Of a DNA stretch of 64,000 nt, positions 13,201-25,100 are shown in pieces. Position 1 is the first letter of the stretch, and the number at the start of each line of letters is the position of its first letter. The position numbers and the translations under genes are program-made. This stretch comes from Podarcis filfolensis (taxonomy: Eukaryota). A model generated the notes under the pieces. It worked only from the letters and a program-made list of their open reading frames with translations. It was not told the origin of the DNA and ran no database searches. The stretch lies in assembly GCA_964270895.1 (NCBI GenBank), contig OZ185442.1, one strand, 5' to 3'.

Positions 13201-15692
13201 CAAGCTGGCCTGGACCAGTGACATTACCAAGATCCTGTGGGAGCAGGCTGCCCGCAATAAAGGTTGGCATCAGTAAAGCCCAGGCACCCTCTTCTCTGTG
13301 GGACCATTGAATCCTTTCTGTCAGAATGAGTGGCTCATGGAAGCAACAGCAGGGGCGGCACAGGCAGCTTGTTGGATAGGGCCTCCAGGTTCTTCTCTGG
13401 GCATGACAGTTGCAGAAATAAAGTAGGTCATTGGTTCCTGGGATTCTCCATGGAAGCCCCCACTCCCACTAGAGTGACTGGTCACACGAAATAGAGGTGC
13501 TCTGTCTGGTGTCTGAGAGAGAGGGGGCAGTTTGTCGTGCCATATGCAGAAGGGAGGAGAGCTGCAAGTGCCAGCTAGGCAAGGCCCAGGAGCCCTGGAC
13601 TTCACTGCACCAGGTGACCCTCCCCAATACTACCAGCAGTTGTTTTTTCCCTGGCTAACATGTAATACCTGGGAGATGCCAGCAAGATGACTCTCGGGAG
13701 AGATTAACTAGAGCATTGACAACTGCCTGGGACGAGCTTCTTGGTCTGGCGGTTGCTTTGTCCTTTAGGACTCCTTGTGCCCAGAGCTGCTTCTCCAGAG
13801 GCAGCCAAGCTATGTGACCTGTTGCACCAAGTTTGATCTAAGTTGCCCATTCTACCAGAAATCTGCTTGTCTTGCCAGAGACCGAGGCTGGGCTTGGTGG
13901 CCCTGAGAACTCACAGAGCTACTTTTTTGTGAGGCTAGGCATGTTCCTCATGGCTGTTGTCACCCCCAGAGATCCGCATGCAGGAGATGGTATCCATGGG
14001 TGTGGGGAACAAGCCTTTCCTGGACATCAAGCCGAGTGAAGCTGCCATCCATGACCGTGCCATTGATTACATCATGAAAGGCAGGGGTAAGTCTACCCAA
14101 CCCTCTCACACCCCAGCCCCCCTCAAGGACCCACGCAGCTGCTATCCAGCTCTTCATGACTTGCTTCCCCCCTTTTTTTCTCTGTGGCAGGAGCCAGGAC
14201 TCGGGCTTCTATTGCTGTCTCTCTGTTTGACCACGCCAACCCTTACAAGAGGTCGCAAACACCACTGCCTGCTGGCAGCCCATCCTCCTCCTGCACAGTG
14301 CTTGGGCCTCTCAACTTGCACATGTACCTGAACCAGTCTCTCCTGCCCAGCATGCTCTCGACCAGCCACTCCTTGGATGCGGGCACATGCATAGAGGAGG
14401 ATGAAATGGAGAACGAGACCAGCAGCCAGCCTTCCATGAGTACGTATGACCTGTCTCTCTCAGCCCCAGTTCAGAAACCATCCTTGTTCTCTGGGGGCAG
14501 TTTCTAAAACCATTGTGTGTTGCAGATGGCTGCTTGGCTTGGCAGAATGGGGGGGGGGGAGAGATTCTAGACTCTCACTTTCAGTCCATGGCTGCATCAC
14601 TCACTCAAACTATGAGCAACTTAACTTTCTGGCCCTCTTGCAAGCTATCCTCCCCCTGTGCACTTACTTGCTGTTTTGTGATGGTTCCCCAGTTCCAGCT
14701 GCTGTAGTTCCTAAGGACACTGAGCAGAAAGGGAGGGCTCTATAAACCTTAGAAATGGGGGCAAGCAGTCCAAGAGGAGAGCCTGGTATAGATCATAAGC
14801 TAGTCATTGAGCATGGGATGGACAGTCAGAATGTGGCCTAAACTAGGACGTGGAAAGGTTGGAAGTGTTTAGAGCATTGCTGTGTCTGCTCCCCAGAAGC
14901 TGAGTGGGGCTGCAGTTTCTTACACATCTGGCTGGGATATACTTCTACCCCTGATGGACTCTTTTGTCTAGTGGCTGAATTTCTTCTTTTTGTCCCCAGC
15001 GACTGAGAGCTCAGAATCCTCCTCCCAATGCATGTCCAGGAGCGGCTCCAGTGGCTCCGACAGTGGCTGTGTATCCAGCGCTCCCCAGGAGAGCTTCTGT
15101 GAAGACCTTGGCTCACCCCTCCCCATCCCCGAAGGCTCTGCTTTTCCCTCCCCCACAGAGCAGAAAACCTGTTTCCCCAAAAGCCAGTATGTTTCAGCGG
15201 TAAGTGGACAGGACCTTGCCAATGTGCCCAAGGGATCCAGGCCATAGAATCACTAGTCCTCCCTGCCTTGCTCAGGGAACCTCAGCCCTGTCTGTGGCCT
15301 TGACACTCTATCCTTCCAACAGACCATGGGAAGCCAACTTGAGCCATTTCAGTAAAACGAAGTGTGTGAGGCCCCACTTTAGAAATCAGCAGTTGGGGTT
15401 GGGAGACTGGGAGTTTTCCTTAGTGGAATACAGGTGGCCCTTGGGATGCGCCTGAACTATCAGTTCTCATCATTCTTGGCTGGAGTTGATGGGAGGTGGA
15501 TCCAGCCCCTGGGCAGGGTGGGGTGGGCAGGATCCTTGGTTTGCAGGTGCTTGTGGCACATGCTGTTCCTCTGGCCCACACTAAGCAGGATTGGGGGCGG
15601 GGGGGGGGAGCCAGTCCTTCCTTTCACCATGGATGTATGTAAGAATCTCCCAGAGTCCCCTGATCATGGATGATGCTGTTTTGCAGGTCTAA
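1123..15692 (+). CDS. PLEKHG4: PLEKHG4 (puratrophin-1) RhoGEF, 5'-partial spliced CDS, 13 coding exons, ~904 aa in window (spectrin-like region, DH, PH, C-tail)
   Basis: join(1123-1261,2195-2317,4768-4962,9566-10338,10839-11088,11594-11683,11798-12022,12371-12541,13085-13262,13970-14086,14191-14439,15000-15199,15687-15692). All junctions are GT-AG and phase-consistent. DH motif [21 protein letters not shown]; [17 protein letters not shown]. The tail [14 protein letters not shown] / RASIAVS / [12 protein letters not shown] fits PLEKHG4 better than PLEKHG4B (recalled sequences), and adjacency to KCTD19 supports it. Confidence 0.92.
2195..2317 (+). CDS. PLEKHG4: PLEKHG4 coding exon ([19 protein letters not shown])
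   Basis: cttgcag acceptor, AGT|gtaagt donor, 123 nt, phase 0-0. Confidence 0.88.
3883..3929 (+). mobile_element. 47-bp 3' tail of Sauria SINE with 13-bp TSD
   Basis: cgcctttgactgtacttaaccatccaggggtcctttacctttttacc flanked by TTACACCCTTAGT (3870-3882, 3930-3942); resembles the tail of the full SINE at 50960-51000. Confidence 0.75.
4768..4962 (+). CDS. PLEKHG4: PLEKHG4 coding exon ([17 protein letters not shown])
   Basis: tttccag acceptor, CAG|gtgagt donor, 195 nt, phase 0-0. Confidence 0.88.
7156..7350 (+). mobile_element. CR1 LINE 3' end
   Basis: ..ccttcactggagctttttaaacagagg..ccttccaactctgtgattct, a typical CR1 terminus. Confidence 0.8.
8660..8886. mobile_element. hAT/Charlie-type MITE
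   Basis: TIRs CAGGGGTAGGCAACCT / AGGTTGCTGACCCCTG; TSD not preserved. Confidence 0.75.
9566..10338 (+). CDS. PLEKHG4: PLEKHG4 large coding exon ([31 protein letters not shown])
   Basis: cctacag acceptor, AG|gtaggt donor, 773 nt open frame (ORF 9509-10342). Confidence 0.9.
10839..11088 (+). CDS. PLEKHG4: PLEKHG4 DH domain exon ([21 protein letters not shown])
   Basis: tcttgcag acceptor, CAT|gtaagg donor, DH CR1 motif. Confidence 0.95.
11594..11683 (+). CDS. PLEKHG4: PLEKHG4 DH exon ([21 protein letters not shown])
   Basis: ttttgcag acceptor, AGG|gtaagt donor. Confidence 0.95.
11798..12022 (+). CDS. PLEKHG4: PLEKHG4 DH exon ([32 protein letters not shown])
   Basis: cctccag acceptor, GAT|gtgagt donor, DH CR3 motif LLKPIQR..KY.LLL. 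Confidence 0.95.
12371..12541 (+). CDS. PLEKHG4: PLEKHG4 PH exon ([21 protein letters not shown])
   Basis: gcccag acceptor, AAG|gtaagg donor. Confidence 0.95.
13085..13262 (+). CDS. PLEKHG4: PLEKHG4 PH exon ([28 protein letters not shown])
   Basis: cctgcag acceptor, G|gttggc donor, phase 0-1. Confidence 0.93.
13970..14086 (+). CDS. PLEKHG4: PLEKHG4 exon ([22 protein letters not shown])
   Basis: ccccag acceptor, G|gtaagt donor. Confidence 0.93.
14191..14439 (+). CDS. PLEKHG4: PLEKHG4 exon ([20 protein letters not shown])
   Basis: long pyrimidine tract then gcag, A|gtacgt donor. Confidence 0.9.
15000..15199 (+). CDS. PLEKHG4: PLEKHG4 exon ([28 protein letters not shown])
   Basis: tccccag acceptor, GCG|gtaagt donor. 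Confidence 0.88.
15687..15692 (+). CDS. PLEKHG4: PLEKHG4 probable terminal coding segment (GTC TAA = V, stop)
   Basis: ctgttttgcag|GTCTAA is a clear in-phase acceptor downstream of the strong donor at 15200; a candidate AATAAA follows at 16159. Confidence 0.6.
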   Translation, partial: V

Positions 15693-16158
15693 ACGCTGGT
15701 TTCCGTGATGTTTCTCAGGAGACAAGAAGAAGGAACCTGTGTATGTCCCCACACAGCACCCAGGAGCCCATAATAGTAGTGGAGAATACTGAGCAATTAA
15801 CTAGACTGGGCCACAGCACTGGACATGAAAATGCCTTTGTTTGTGTGACTGAATTGTGGAGTGGGTTGAGTGCCCCCAGTGCAGGTGTGAGTTCCTGCTG
15901 CCTTCTGCTGCTGTTTTACAAGGCAGCCCAGTGAGCAGCAGCAGTGAAAGGTTTGGGCGCCATTGTTGAGGGAGGGGGTTTAGGGGGAGAGTTGTCAAGT
16001 TTTGGTGGTCCTGATGTGGCCACGGATAGAGAAACAGCTGTACGTTGAGGGTATGGATCAGAGAGATAGATGTTGGCTGGTCACTTGTCTTTTTTACAGT
16101 TGACTTGCTTTGTTCCACAAGCTGCACATTTAGGAAAAAAAACTTTTCCAAAGGGCAG

Positions 16159-16164
16159 AATAAA
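16159..16164 (+). terminator. Candidate poly(A) signal of PLEKHG4
   Basis: AATAAA about 470 nt after the stop, followed by T/GT-rich sequence. Confidence 0.5.
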
Positions 16165-18154
16165 GAAACAAAGTATTTATTTTTTGAAAAAAGAGTAACC
16201 TCCTTTGTTATCCAGGCCAGTTCTTTGTATAGGTTTGCCTGGTCTTGAGATAATTTATTTCCTTGTTCTTACCACTAATTGCTTCATTAGCAGATTCCAC
16301 AGGTGCCTCAGAGCCAAGTTGTCACTAGAAGAGTTGTTTCTTTCTGTTCATTGTTAGGAAACTAAATTAATCCATGGGACAGCACTTACAGGAGGTGGGG
16401 GTCTGAATATGCAGTGGAATGAGGGGGTGAAATCCAGAGGCATCAGAATGGGCAATGACATTGCAGAGGGCAAGTAAGAGAAAAACATTTTAACATTTAT
16501 TGAATTTTGCACAAAAATAGTCCATGAACATAGAAAGCTAGCACAGCAGGTAAGAACCTAATCATAGAGTTTTCTTCCTGGTGTGCTAGTTTCTAACCCG
16601 CAGGGAGCTTTCCCATTAGGGGAGCATTCTAAAATGGGAGTTCTCATTTGCTATCTGAAGTGTTATATCTTATTCTGCTTCATGTGTAGACCAAGCTGTT
16701 AAGCATTTCTGAACCTCCAGCTGGGATCCGACCCAAGGGACAGTGGTCAGCCTCTTTTGACTTCTTAAGGGGAAAAAATAATGCACTTGCCAAGGCAAGT
16801 CAGGAACAGGTCATTGCTAGTAGAGGCAGTTCTGACTCTAAGCCATTTCTGCCAACCTAGCTGAGGAAGTATTGGCAATTTTCTGAACCTAAAGTATCTG
16901 GAAGCCAGGCAGTACTGGAATTGTGTGCCACACAGTTCTCTGCTGTTGTGCTTCTGCTTCTGGCTTTAGTCCACAAGTGCCTCTCCCTTGCCTCCCATTT
17001 ACTACCCATATTCCCATTTCATTTTAAACCCATGAGCTGTAAATATAACCCTTATTTTACATTTATTTATTGAACTGAATTTATTCAGCCCACTCCCCAC
17101 AAAGAATGGAATACCAACGCTCTTTGGTAGAATATCACCTGCAGCACAGCTGGAAAGGGATGACTTTAGAAACTTCCAAGTAATGTTTCTTGGTTAATAT
17201 AACTTTGACTTTTATAAACAAAGCATTTCCCAGAAAACTGGAGGAAGCCTGGGATCAATTTTGGATGAATCAGTATCTGGAATTACTTGTGCTGGGCAGT
17301 TTTTTCATTGCTGGAAAAAAATCCTTAATGTATGCCTGCCTGGCACCAATGTTATGTTCAAAGTTTGACTGAATTACTTAATAAAAGTTGTTTCTTACAG
17401 TACATTTTAGCTTGATGGCATGTGATCATTTCTAAGAGCTTTTGACTATTGTCATCACAAGATCTGACTAATTTTGCTTTTGCAATTCCATATGGGTAGA
17501 GATATTTCAACATTATGAAAGCATCTGTACAATAGAGGAAGAACAGCATTTTAAACTCAACTCTTTATTTTTTATGTGAACTGAAAGGAAAGTGAAGTGG
17601 CTTTGCTCAAGTTTAAGTGGTTTTGAGTCTGCTGACGTGTGATATAAAAATTAATTTAGCCCAACAAGGCTGATGGCTGTTCATCAACACACACGAAAGA
17701 CTGAGCAAAACTATTTCCCCTCCCTAAGTTTGCAAAAACAAAATGGGAAAGAGAGCGAGAGGAAAATATTTTGAAACATCCTTCCCTGCCTTGCTCCTGC
17801 TCCTCAGTACTTCAAACCCAGGTTGACTGGGCAGCAGCAAAAATAGGTATCACAGGTTGGCTGTAGGGAGGCTTCTCTGAAAGTGCAATTATTATGAAAC
17901 ATCTTCTTTATTATATTATAATATTTAAACTGTGCAAATAATAAATGCAATGTTAAAAAAACATACCAGAGCCCTGCCTGGACCGTTCCTTTCAGTTGAT
18001 TCTCTAAACCCCTTACAAAACCATCTATGGAAATAGCTTATGCAGCAGGAGCCAGGATTTCTGCCAGTGGGTGGCTTGGGTTTGACTGATGTTCAGGGGT
18101 GCGGGGAAGAAAGAGAAGAAAAGGAACACCTATCCACTCTGAGAAGAAGCTTCA

Positions 18155-18222
18155 GCTGCAACCCTTATGTACACACTGGGAGTAAGTCCCATTACAGTCA
18201 GCTGAACTTACTTCCGAGTAAG
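18155..18222. mobile_element. Short hairpin-type non-autonomous element (ctgggagtaagtcccatt..cttacttc family)
   Basis: Related copies at about 41549-41607, 45398-45475 and 47665-47740. Confidence 0.55.
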
Positions 18223-19072
18223 TTCCTTTCCCTTCCTTTTCCAACAAGCCTTTCAAGAGAACATTTTTATCCCAGTCTGCATATGCATTGGACCTGAACT
18301 TGTTTCTTATATAGGTATTTATGGGTTGTGTTTTTATTGTTCAATCATTTCAGGAGTGATCCATTAATGAAATAAATAAAGACACTGAACACAGCAAGCT
18401 AGCAAATTCATTACAAAGCCATGTGTATACCCTATAAAAGTGAAAGGGAAATTCCAGAGTAAAGCCCTTGTGTGAAAGGTGTGCATGTGTCGTAATCAGT
18501 CCAGCTAGAAAGACACCCAAACAGGTGGCCAGTTGTGACATCAGGCCAAGTGTGCTGCAGCTCTGCCCTGTAAGACTGTCAAGGGGACAGGCCAGAGCGG
18601 GGATGCTGAAAGAGACTCCACCATGAGGCCCTACCTGTGCCTTGGAAGGCTCCCATGAAGCAGGAGAAGCCAGAGGGGTGCAGGTGGCCTCTTTGCAGCA
18701 GGCTCACCCAGGCAAGAGAGCAAGCTGCCCCTTTTTGAGGAAATATGGGACTTGGGGGCTTGCTGGAGGGATGCTGTCTGCCCTGCATCCTGCTGCAAGT
18801 AGGAGGGGAGAACTTATACGCTGTCTCTTTTGGGCCCCTTTCACACATTACACAGAGCAACTCACTAAGGTAGAATTCAGAACTGTATCACTTCAGACAG
18901 CAGCGCAGGCAAATGAAGGCCCCTGCTCTGTGGGCAGAGAATTTAGCACTTCTCCCTGTGTGCCACTTTAATACCCCCACTAAGTTTCTACATGGCTCCT
19001 GTTGCCAGTTAAATAGATACACATGAAGGGAGCAGCCAATTTATCTGGACGGAGGAAACAAAGGATTTCAGT

Positions 19073-19078
19073 TTTATT
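19073..19078 (-). terminator. Candidate KCTD19 poly(A) signal overlapping the stop codon
   Basis: minus strand CCT TAATAAAA: TAA stop at 19079-19077, AATAAA at 19078-19073. Confidence 0.55.
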
Positions 19079-19190
19079 AAGGTTTCTGTAAATATTTCCC
19101 TATGACAAAATGAGAGAGTGATTGAAAGTAACCTTTTTTTATCAGCAGGTCAATGCAGCAACTGTACTTCCAGGCAAATGGCAGAGTAAA
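19077..19190 (-). CDS. KCTD19: KCTD19 exon 16 (terminal)
   Basis: ccctttcag|[37 protein letters not shown]; matches recalled human LTLPFARKY..ILGKYLQ. Confidence 0.93.
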   Translation of the reverse strand, partial: FTLPFAWKYSCCIDLLIKKGYFQSLSHFVIGKYLQKP

Positions 19191-22100
19191 CTGAAAGGGA
19201 AAAACAAATAGGCTAGCAACAGTTCAAGGAGTGGCAATGACATTCTCCCTTCAGGGTTAAGTTGTTGAACCAGCTGCCAAACACTCAGAGCTGAAGCAGA
19301 GGCGCTTTTAGGGTAGCACAACCAGTTCAGCCATGCTGCAGGGGGCGCCACAACAATGCTGTAGAACAGAGCGTGTGAGGTGGGGGGGGGGGTCAGTGAT
19401 TTTTAGTGTCACACAGGGTGCCACTGAAATTTGAGAGCGCAAAGTCCATCACTGGCTGAAGTGTGTGTGTCCAGATAGAAGGCCACCCAAACGCCTCAGG
19501 AGACACATATTTAAAATTTAGAAGTTACTCCCTCCACTGCAGGTCAGGATTAAAGATGGACTCGGGCATGAAAAGGTTGAATGCAATTTAGTAATTGTGC
19601 GCAAACATCTTCAAAGAGGCACAAATCCAAGAGGCACAAATCCCATCCAACTAATCTGATACATTTTGTACCTCAACGTCTGCAAAAATGGGAAATGCTA
19701 GAGAGGGTGGAGGGGTAAGGGAGAGGAATCGATATGCAGTTCTGTTTTGAATTGGGAAACGCTTTTACTGGAGCTATTTTTTACTTCCAATCACAAATGC
19801 TGTTGGGAGGGTCACAGAAAAAACAAATCTCAAGCTGTTTTTCTGCTCTTTGTGGCTGGCTTTGGCAGCATTCAAGGGCTCTGTGGCTCCAAGAACAGCT
19901 TGAGGATCACAACTAACAGGGAGATGGTGTCTGTCCCTACTTCCTGAACCAATGTCTGCCCTCCACAGCATCTCCCCAGGAACACTGGTTAGTGGACAAG
20001 AGAGGTGTACCTAGGATAGCTTGGGCCAGGTCCTCCTGACACCCCTGGATGAGGATGGTCCAGCAGAACAACAGGCTTACTGGCCACCTTCTCCACCTGT
20101 TCCACTAGCTAGTGCACGGCGGTCCAACACACGGCCCTTGAGGCTTTTTTTGGTGGCCCTCAGCAACATTTGACACACACCCCAGCCCTCATGCCACCTT
20201 CCCAAAACCAGGTAAGCAAGGCACTGGGCTTTGAGAAGGAGGTGTGAGGGCCCCATAGGCTAAAGGGATCCTTAAAAAAAGAAACTTTACAGGTTCCCCT
20301 TGCCAAAATAAAAAACCCTGCACCCATTTACCTGACATTTAGACTTTCAAATTTCACCCAATTCTTCTAAGAAATAAAAGTGACATACATTTGTTGATGC
20401 TGTCTTTTAAAGAACACTCACAGTAGAAAGTAAGCACTCAGTAAAAGTGAAATCCTGAACCAATTTGGCAGAGTTCATATCCTCAGAATGAGCTCCTATG
20501 CCTGCAAATTTCACTCAGCTCTCCTCAAACATTAACCTGTTATCCAAGCTGACACTGTGGGTTCTGAGGCTCTCCCTTCCCTCCCCCCCCCCACAGCCCT
20601 TCTGTTCAATCAAATGGAGGAAGTCACAAAGCAAGCAGTGAGAGCCTGGTCTTTCTGGGTCAGCAGCAGTCCCTGTCCTCCACTACAAAAGGAAGCAAAT
20701 CAATAGTTCACACTTACTTCAATCCATTTCAGTAACTTCTCACAAGCATGACTATCTGCTTTAAAGGGCGCCACATTCAGCAAGTCAGCCACAAACTCCT
20801 TAGCTGTGATCTCTAGGCTCTGCAAGAAATGAGGGCACACAGCAACCATTTTCCAGAGCCAACTGCGTAGAAGAGCAGTTAGCAGGATTGTGAGGAAGGG
20901 GGGGAGGTGAAGGACCAGGACCAGGCAGGCAGGAATGGCTGCAGGATTCTCTTCCGCAGAAGCCTTAGAAGAAGGGAGACATGAGGGCAGGGCAAAGCTT
21001 ATTGCCTTTTGGTGGTCTCCAAATATTCCCAGAGCTCACAGGCAAGCTGTTAGACTAGGAAGGAGGTCTCAGCAGGTGACATGCCCTAGGCGAGCAGAGC
21101 TTGTGCCAAGAGACCACATGGTTTCGGGATTGGCACCCAAGACCTCTATAAGCCCAAGAGCAGCCATGTTGTCTTCTTACCCACAGCCTCTGCACAAGCA
21201 GCTCGACTTTGGCAGTCATTTTCTTGGGGTCCTTCTGCCTTATGGAATCCAAGATGACATCGGTGAGAAAGCAGTGGCACTTTCGGGCATAAAAAATCTC
21301 CTCTTGTGACAATGGAAAGCTCAGAAAGACAATATCTATAAGTGGAAAGAATTAGGGAGTGCCATCAACACCCATTTCTTTGCCAGACCTTCAGTGTCTC
21401 CCTCATCACCCTCTCTTGAGTACAAAAACAGCACCGCCTACACTGATCTTGGTTTGGCTTTGGGGCATTTTGTTTCTGACTTGGTGGCACCACCTCCCAT
21501 GGTTCCTGCCTGGCCCTGTAACTCAGTGTGGCCAAGGAGTCACATCCTTGGTTCACCACAGGTCCAGCTAGTCACAGCACAATCCACAAGTATTCTAGTG
21601 CCACTGCAAAACTACCCAAGGCAAGTTGGAAACGTGAGGAGGAGGGGATCCTGTCAATTTTTATTTCTCTCAGTTTCTCAGTTTTAAATTCGGTTCTCTA
21701 TATTTCCTTATCCGTTTGAATAAAAAATAAAAAAATAAAAAATCAACAGCATTGTAGTGTGAATTTCTCCCAATGTATACATTTCCCCCTAATACTTTTG
21801 CAAAGCAATTTTCCCTACTATAAAGCAAGTTTCTATGTTACTTTCCTTTTTAACAAAAATATGCATTTAGGGAGCCATTTCTCATATTTTAGTCAAATAT
21901 TTGCATGGTGCTGCTGCTGTTGTGTCCCTCCTTAAATCAAACTGCAGCCCAGTCGTGGCTCCTGACCCACTGGTTGAAGACCATTAATCTAGCATAATCT
22001 GCCTGAAGACAAAGCTGTTTTACTCAGCAACCCACACTGCTGATTGATGCCAACAATCCAACCATGTGGGCCTCTAGAAGAGAGCAACTGCAGCAGCATA

Positions 22101-25100
22101 TGGGGTCTAGCAGAGCAGGTCACTCTCAAGGACTTAAGCAAGATGCAAGTCCCATGACATTCACTAACCAAACTGCCCAAGAAGAAAATCCCAGATACAC
22201 TGAATAGTCTTACCAAATTGTATTATTGGACACTATACAGCTCAGAGCTAGTCTCTACTTGTGGCATTATTTGATGTTCAAGAAGCACCATTACCCCACT
22301 GAAATACAATAGAAAAGGCCTTCACAATATAACCAATTTTTTTCCTTGAACTCAACAGGGCAAGATCTTTGTTACGGGAATGGTTCCAAGAGTGGGAGCT
22401 TCTTGTCAAAATATACAGTAATTTCTCATTTTGCAAGGAGAAATAGTGAAGATTCTGGGTACAGAATCGGGGGGGTGTTCTATTTTTTGAGGGAGGAAGT
22501 CCCTCCCCCCCGCCCCCGCCCTTCAGAGCAAAAGCAGATGAGATATATTCAGCCCTGCCCTTTCCTTATATCTCCTTCCCATCCCAAGTACCTTTGGCCA
22601 TGGGGTGTGCCAGGCCACTGGCTACTTTCATGTTCTCCAGGTGTGTGCTGTAGAGAATGCTGCTTTCATGAGATGAGCAGGAACCATCACAAGCCACAAT
22701 CGGAGGATGCTCCACTTTAAGAATCAAGCCAGTGTCCCCATGGGGCTCATCCATGATAGCACTGCTGCTTTGCTCAGGGAATGTCCCTGGGCAGAAATGG
22801 GTAAAAATTGTTAACATGACATATGTATTGATTGGCATATATAAAAAGTTATCAGATGTTTCACCCTGACTTGCATCTACCAATGGAATTTAGGAAGTCG
22901 TATTAGACATGGAATGCAATGAGACACCATTCTGTGGCCAGTTCTACACCCCATGTATTCCACAGCATGTGCACACCTCTTTCACATTCTCTCTTATTCA
23001 CTTTTTCCCAAATTAAAAAGTGCCAGGTGTTGTAACCCTTCTCATAGGACAGTTGCTCCATCCCTTTTACCTTTTTGGTACCTTTCCCAGTGCTTCAATA
23101 TACTTTTTGAGGTGTGACCAGAACTATACACACTAAACCCATGGTGGTTTCACCATGAAATTGTACAATGGCATTATGATATTTGGTAGTTTTATTCTCA
23201 ATCCCTTTCCTTATCATCTCTAATGTGGAATTTGCCTTTTTCCACAGCTGCTATACACTGAATCAACACCTTCACCAAGCTGTCCACTACAACCTCAAGG
23301 TCTCATTCTTCATCAGTGATCCCCAGTTTTGGTTCTATTTGAGTATAAGTGAAATTAAGGTGGGGATGTTGATCCCACATGCATCAATTTACACTTGTTT
23401 TTAATTTCATTTGCCATTTTACTGCCCATTCACTCAGTTTTGGGGTTAGGCTAAGCTTATTTATGAATTGATTTCCTTTTACAGCTCCTCTCAAGCCTCT
23501 TCTATTCTAACATTTTGAACAATTTGGTATCATCAGCAAACTTGGCAACCTCACTGTTCATCCCTAACTCTAGAGTGAAGAAAGTAAAACACACAACCCC
23601 CAGTCACAATCCTTGGTGGAGCCCACTTTCTACATCCCTCCATTGGGAGACCTATCCATTTAGTCCTCCTCTCAGCTTCCTATTTCTTAACCAGTTACTG
23701 ATCCATAAGAGGACCTCTCTTTGGGAACAGCTGACTTGAGAGACCATCTTGCCCCTCATAGCGGCCCAGCATAGAGGCACTATGAAGGGTACCACATGAT
23801 GTTTTCACAGGGAACTCAGTGTGTCTGCACCTTGGCCTGGAGCTCCTTGCCTATTCATATTAAGCAGGCATCATCAGTAGTTTCTTTCAGTTGCCTACTT
23901 AAGGCACACCTGTTCACACAGGCCTTTATTTATGCTTCACCATCCAACTCTTGACTCTTTTTATGCTGCTTGATGGGTGTGTTACATTTTTCATTGTATG
24001 AGATAAAAGCCCCTAAAATAAATAAATATGAAGCTATTCAGATATGAATAGCCCAGTCCTGAACAATTCAAGCAACTTTTCACGGCAAAGTATCAGCTAA
24101 ATAAGCCCTCTATGGCAACCGTGGAGCTTGCATGAACTTGCAGAAGCCTGGGAACAAGCAGAAGAACAACTGCCAAAATAGCTAACCTTCCTCTTTCTGC
24201 ATACAAACGCTAGAGACTTAATCCCTTAAAGATCCCTGCAACCAGTTCATGGATCTCCATAAGCAATTAAAGAACAGGCCCTGCCCAAGTGGGCTTTCGA
24301 AACAGCAACTTCACAGAGGCAGCTGACTTGTAGCTTCTACCTCTAATTGTTAAACACAGAGCAACAATCATGAAGATTTTCCCCTTAGATGCTCCTTGCA
24401 GGAGGAGAAGTTAATCACTGTTTTCCTCTTTCATTTTTTCTTTTTATAGCACTGATTTCTGTCACTTGTATTCCAGTCTTCATCCAGCCTACTTCATCAA
24501 CCACAGCTCTTCAGTACCAGGGAGTGGTCTCCACGGTGCCAAAGAGGACCTTTTGGAACAATTGTGTCAAAGGCCCCAGTCATCTCACTGTTCCACAATG
24601 AAACAAGAGCTTCAATAGGATCACTTGCTCTACCCAATGAAAAATCCCCTAAAGTCATCAACCTCCAAGGGTGGACCAGCAGAGGTCCCCCACCGCTGAA
24701 GACAGGAATAATCATTGCAAGACCAAACTTCACCAGGAAGTGGCCTGATCATGACAATGAGATAATATCCACCCCACCTGCTTCTACACCAACCCCTCTC
24801 TATCATGAATAAAGAGGTGATTGATCACTAATCCCACATCTCTGTGAACAAGAAGCCATTATGTATAGGCAGAAGAGTCAAGGAGAAAGGAAAGGTCCCA
24901 GCAACCCCTGCTTTGGGGGGGGGGAGAAAAAGAGGAGGGCACTCCTTGTTCCTGACATCCTCAGAGAGCGCTAATTTACAAGCAGCAAATTCACCTTTCT
25001 CTCTCTCTTTCTGGCCACTCAGTTCCTTGGCTGCAATATTTTCAGCCACTGAAGAAACCTCCTCAGAAATGCTTTGTCTTCCAATCTTGACAAGCCACGC

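Noticed and set aside
17358-17549. ORF considered as the KCTD19 last exon
   Set aside because: No similarity to KCTD19; the true terminal exon was found at 19190-19077.
24389-24812. Overlapping short ORFs and a plus-strand acceptor-like tract in KCTD19 intron 12
   Set aside because: No recognisable motif, no donor partner, and not needed for the KCTD19 frame.
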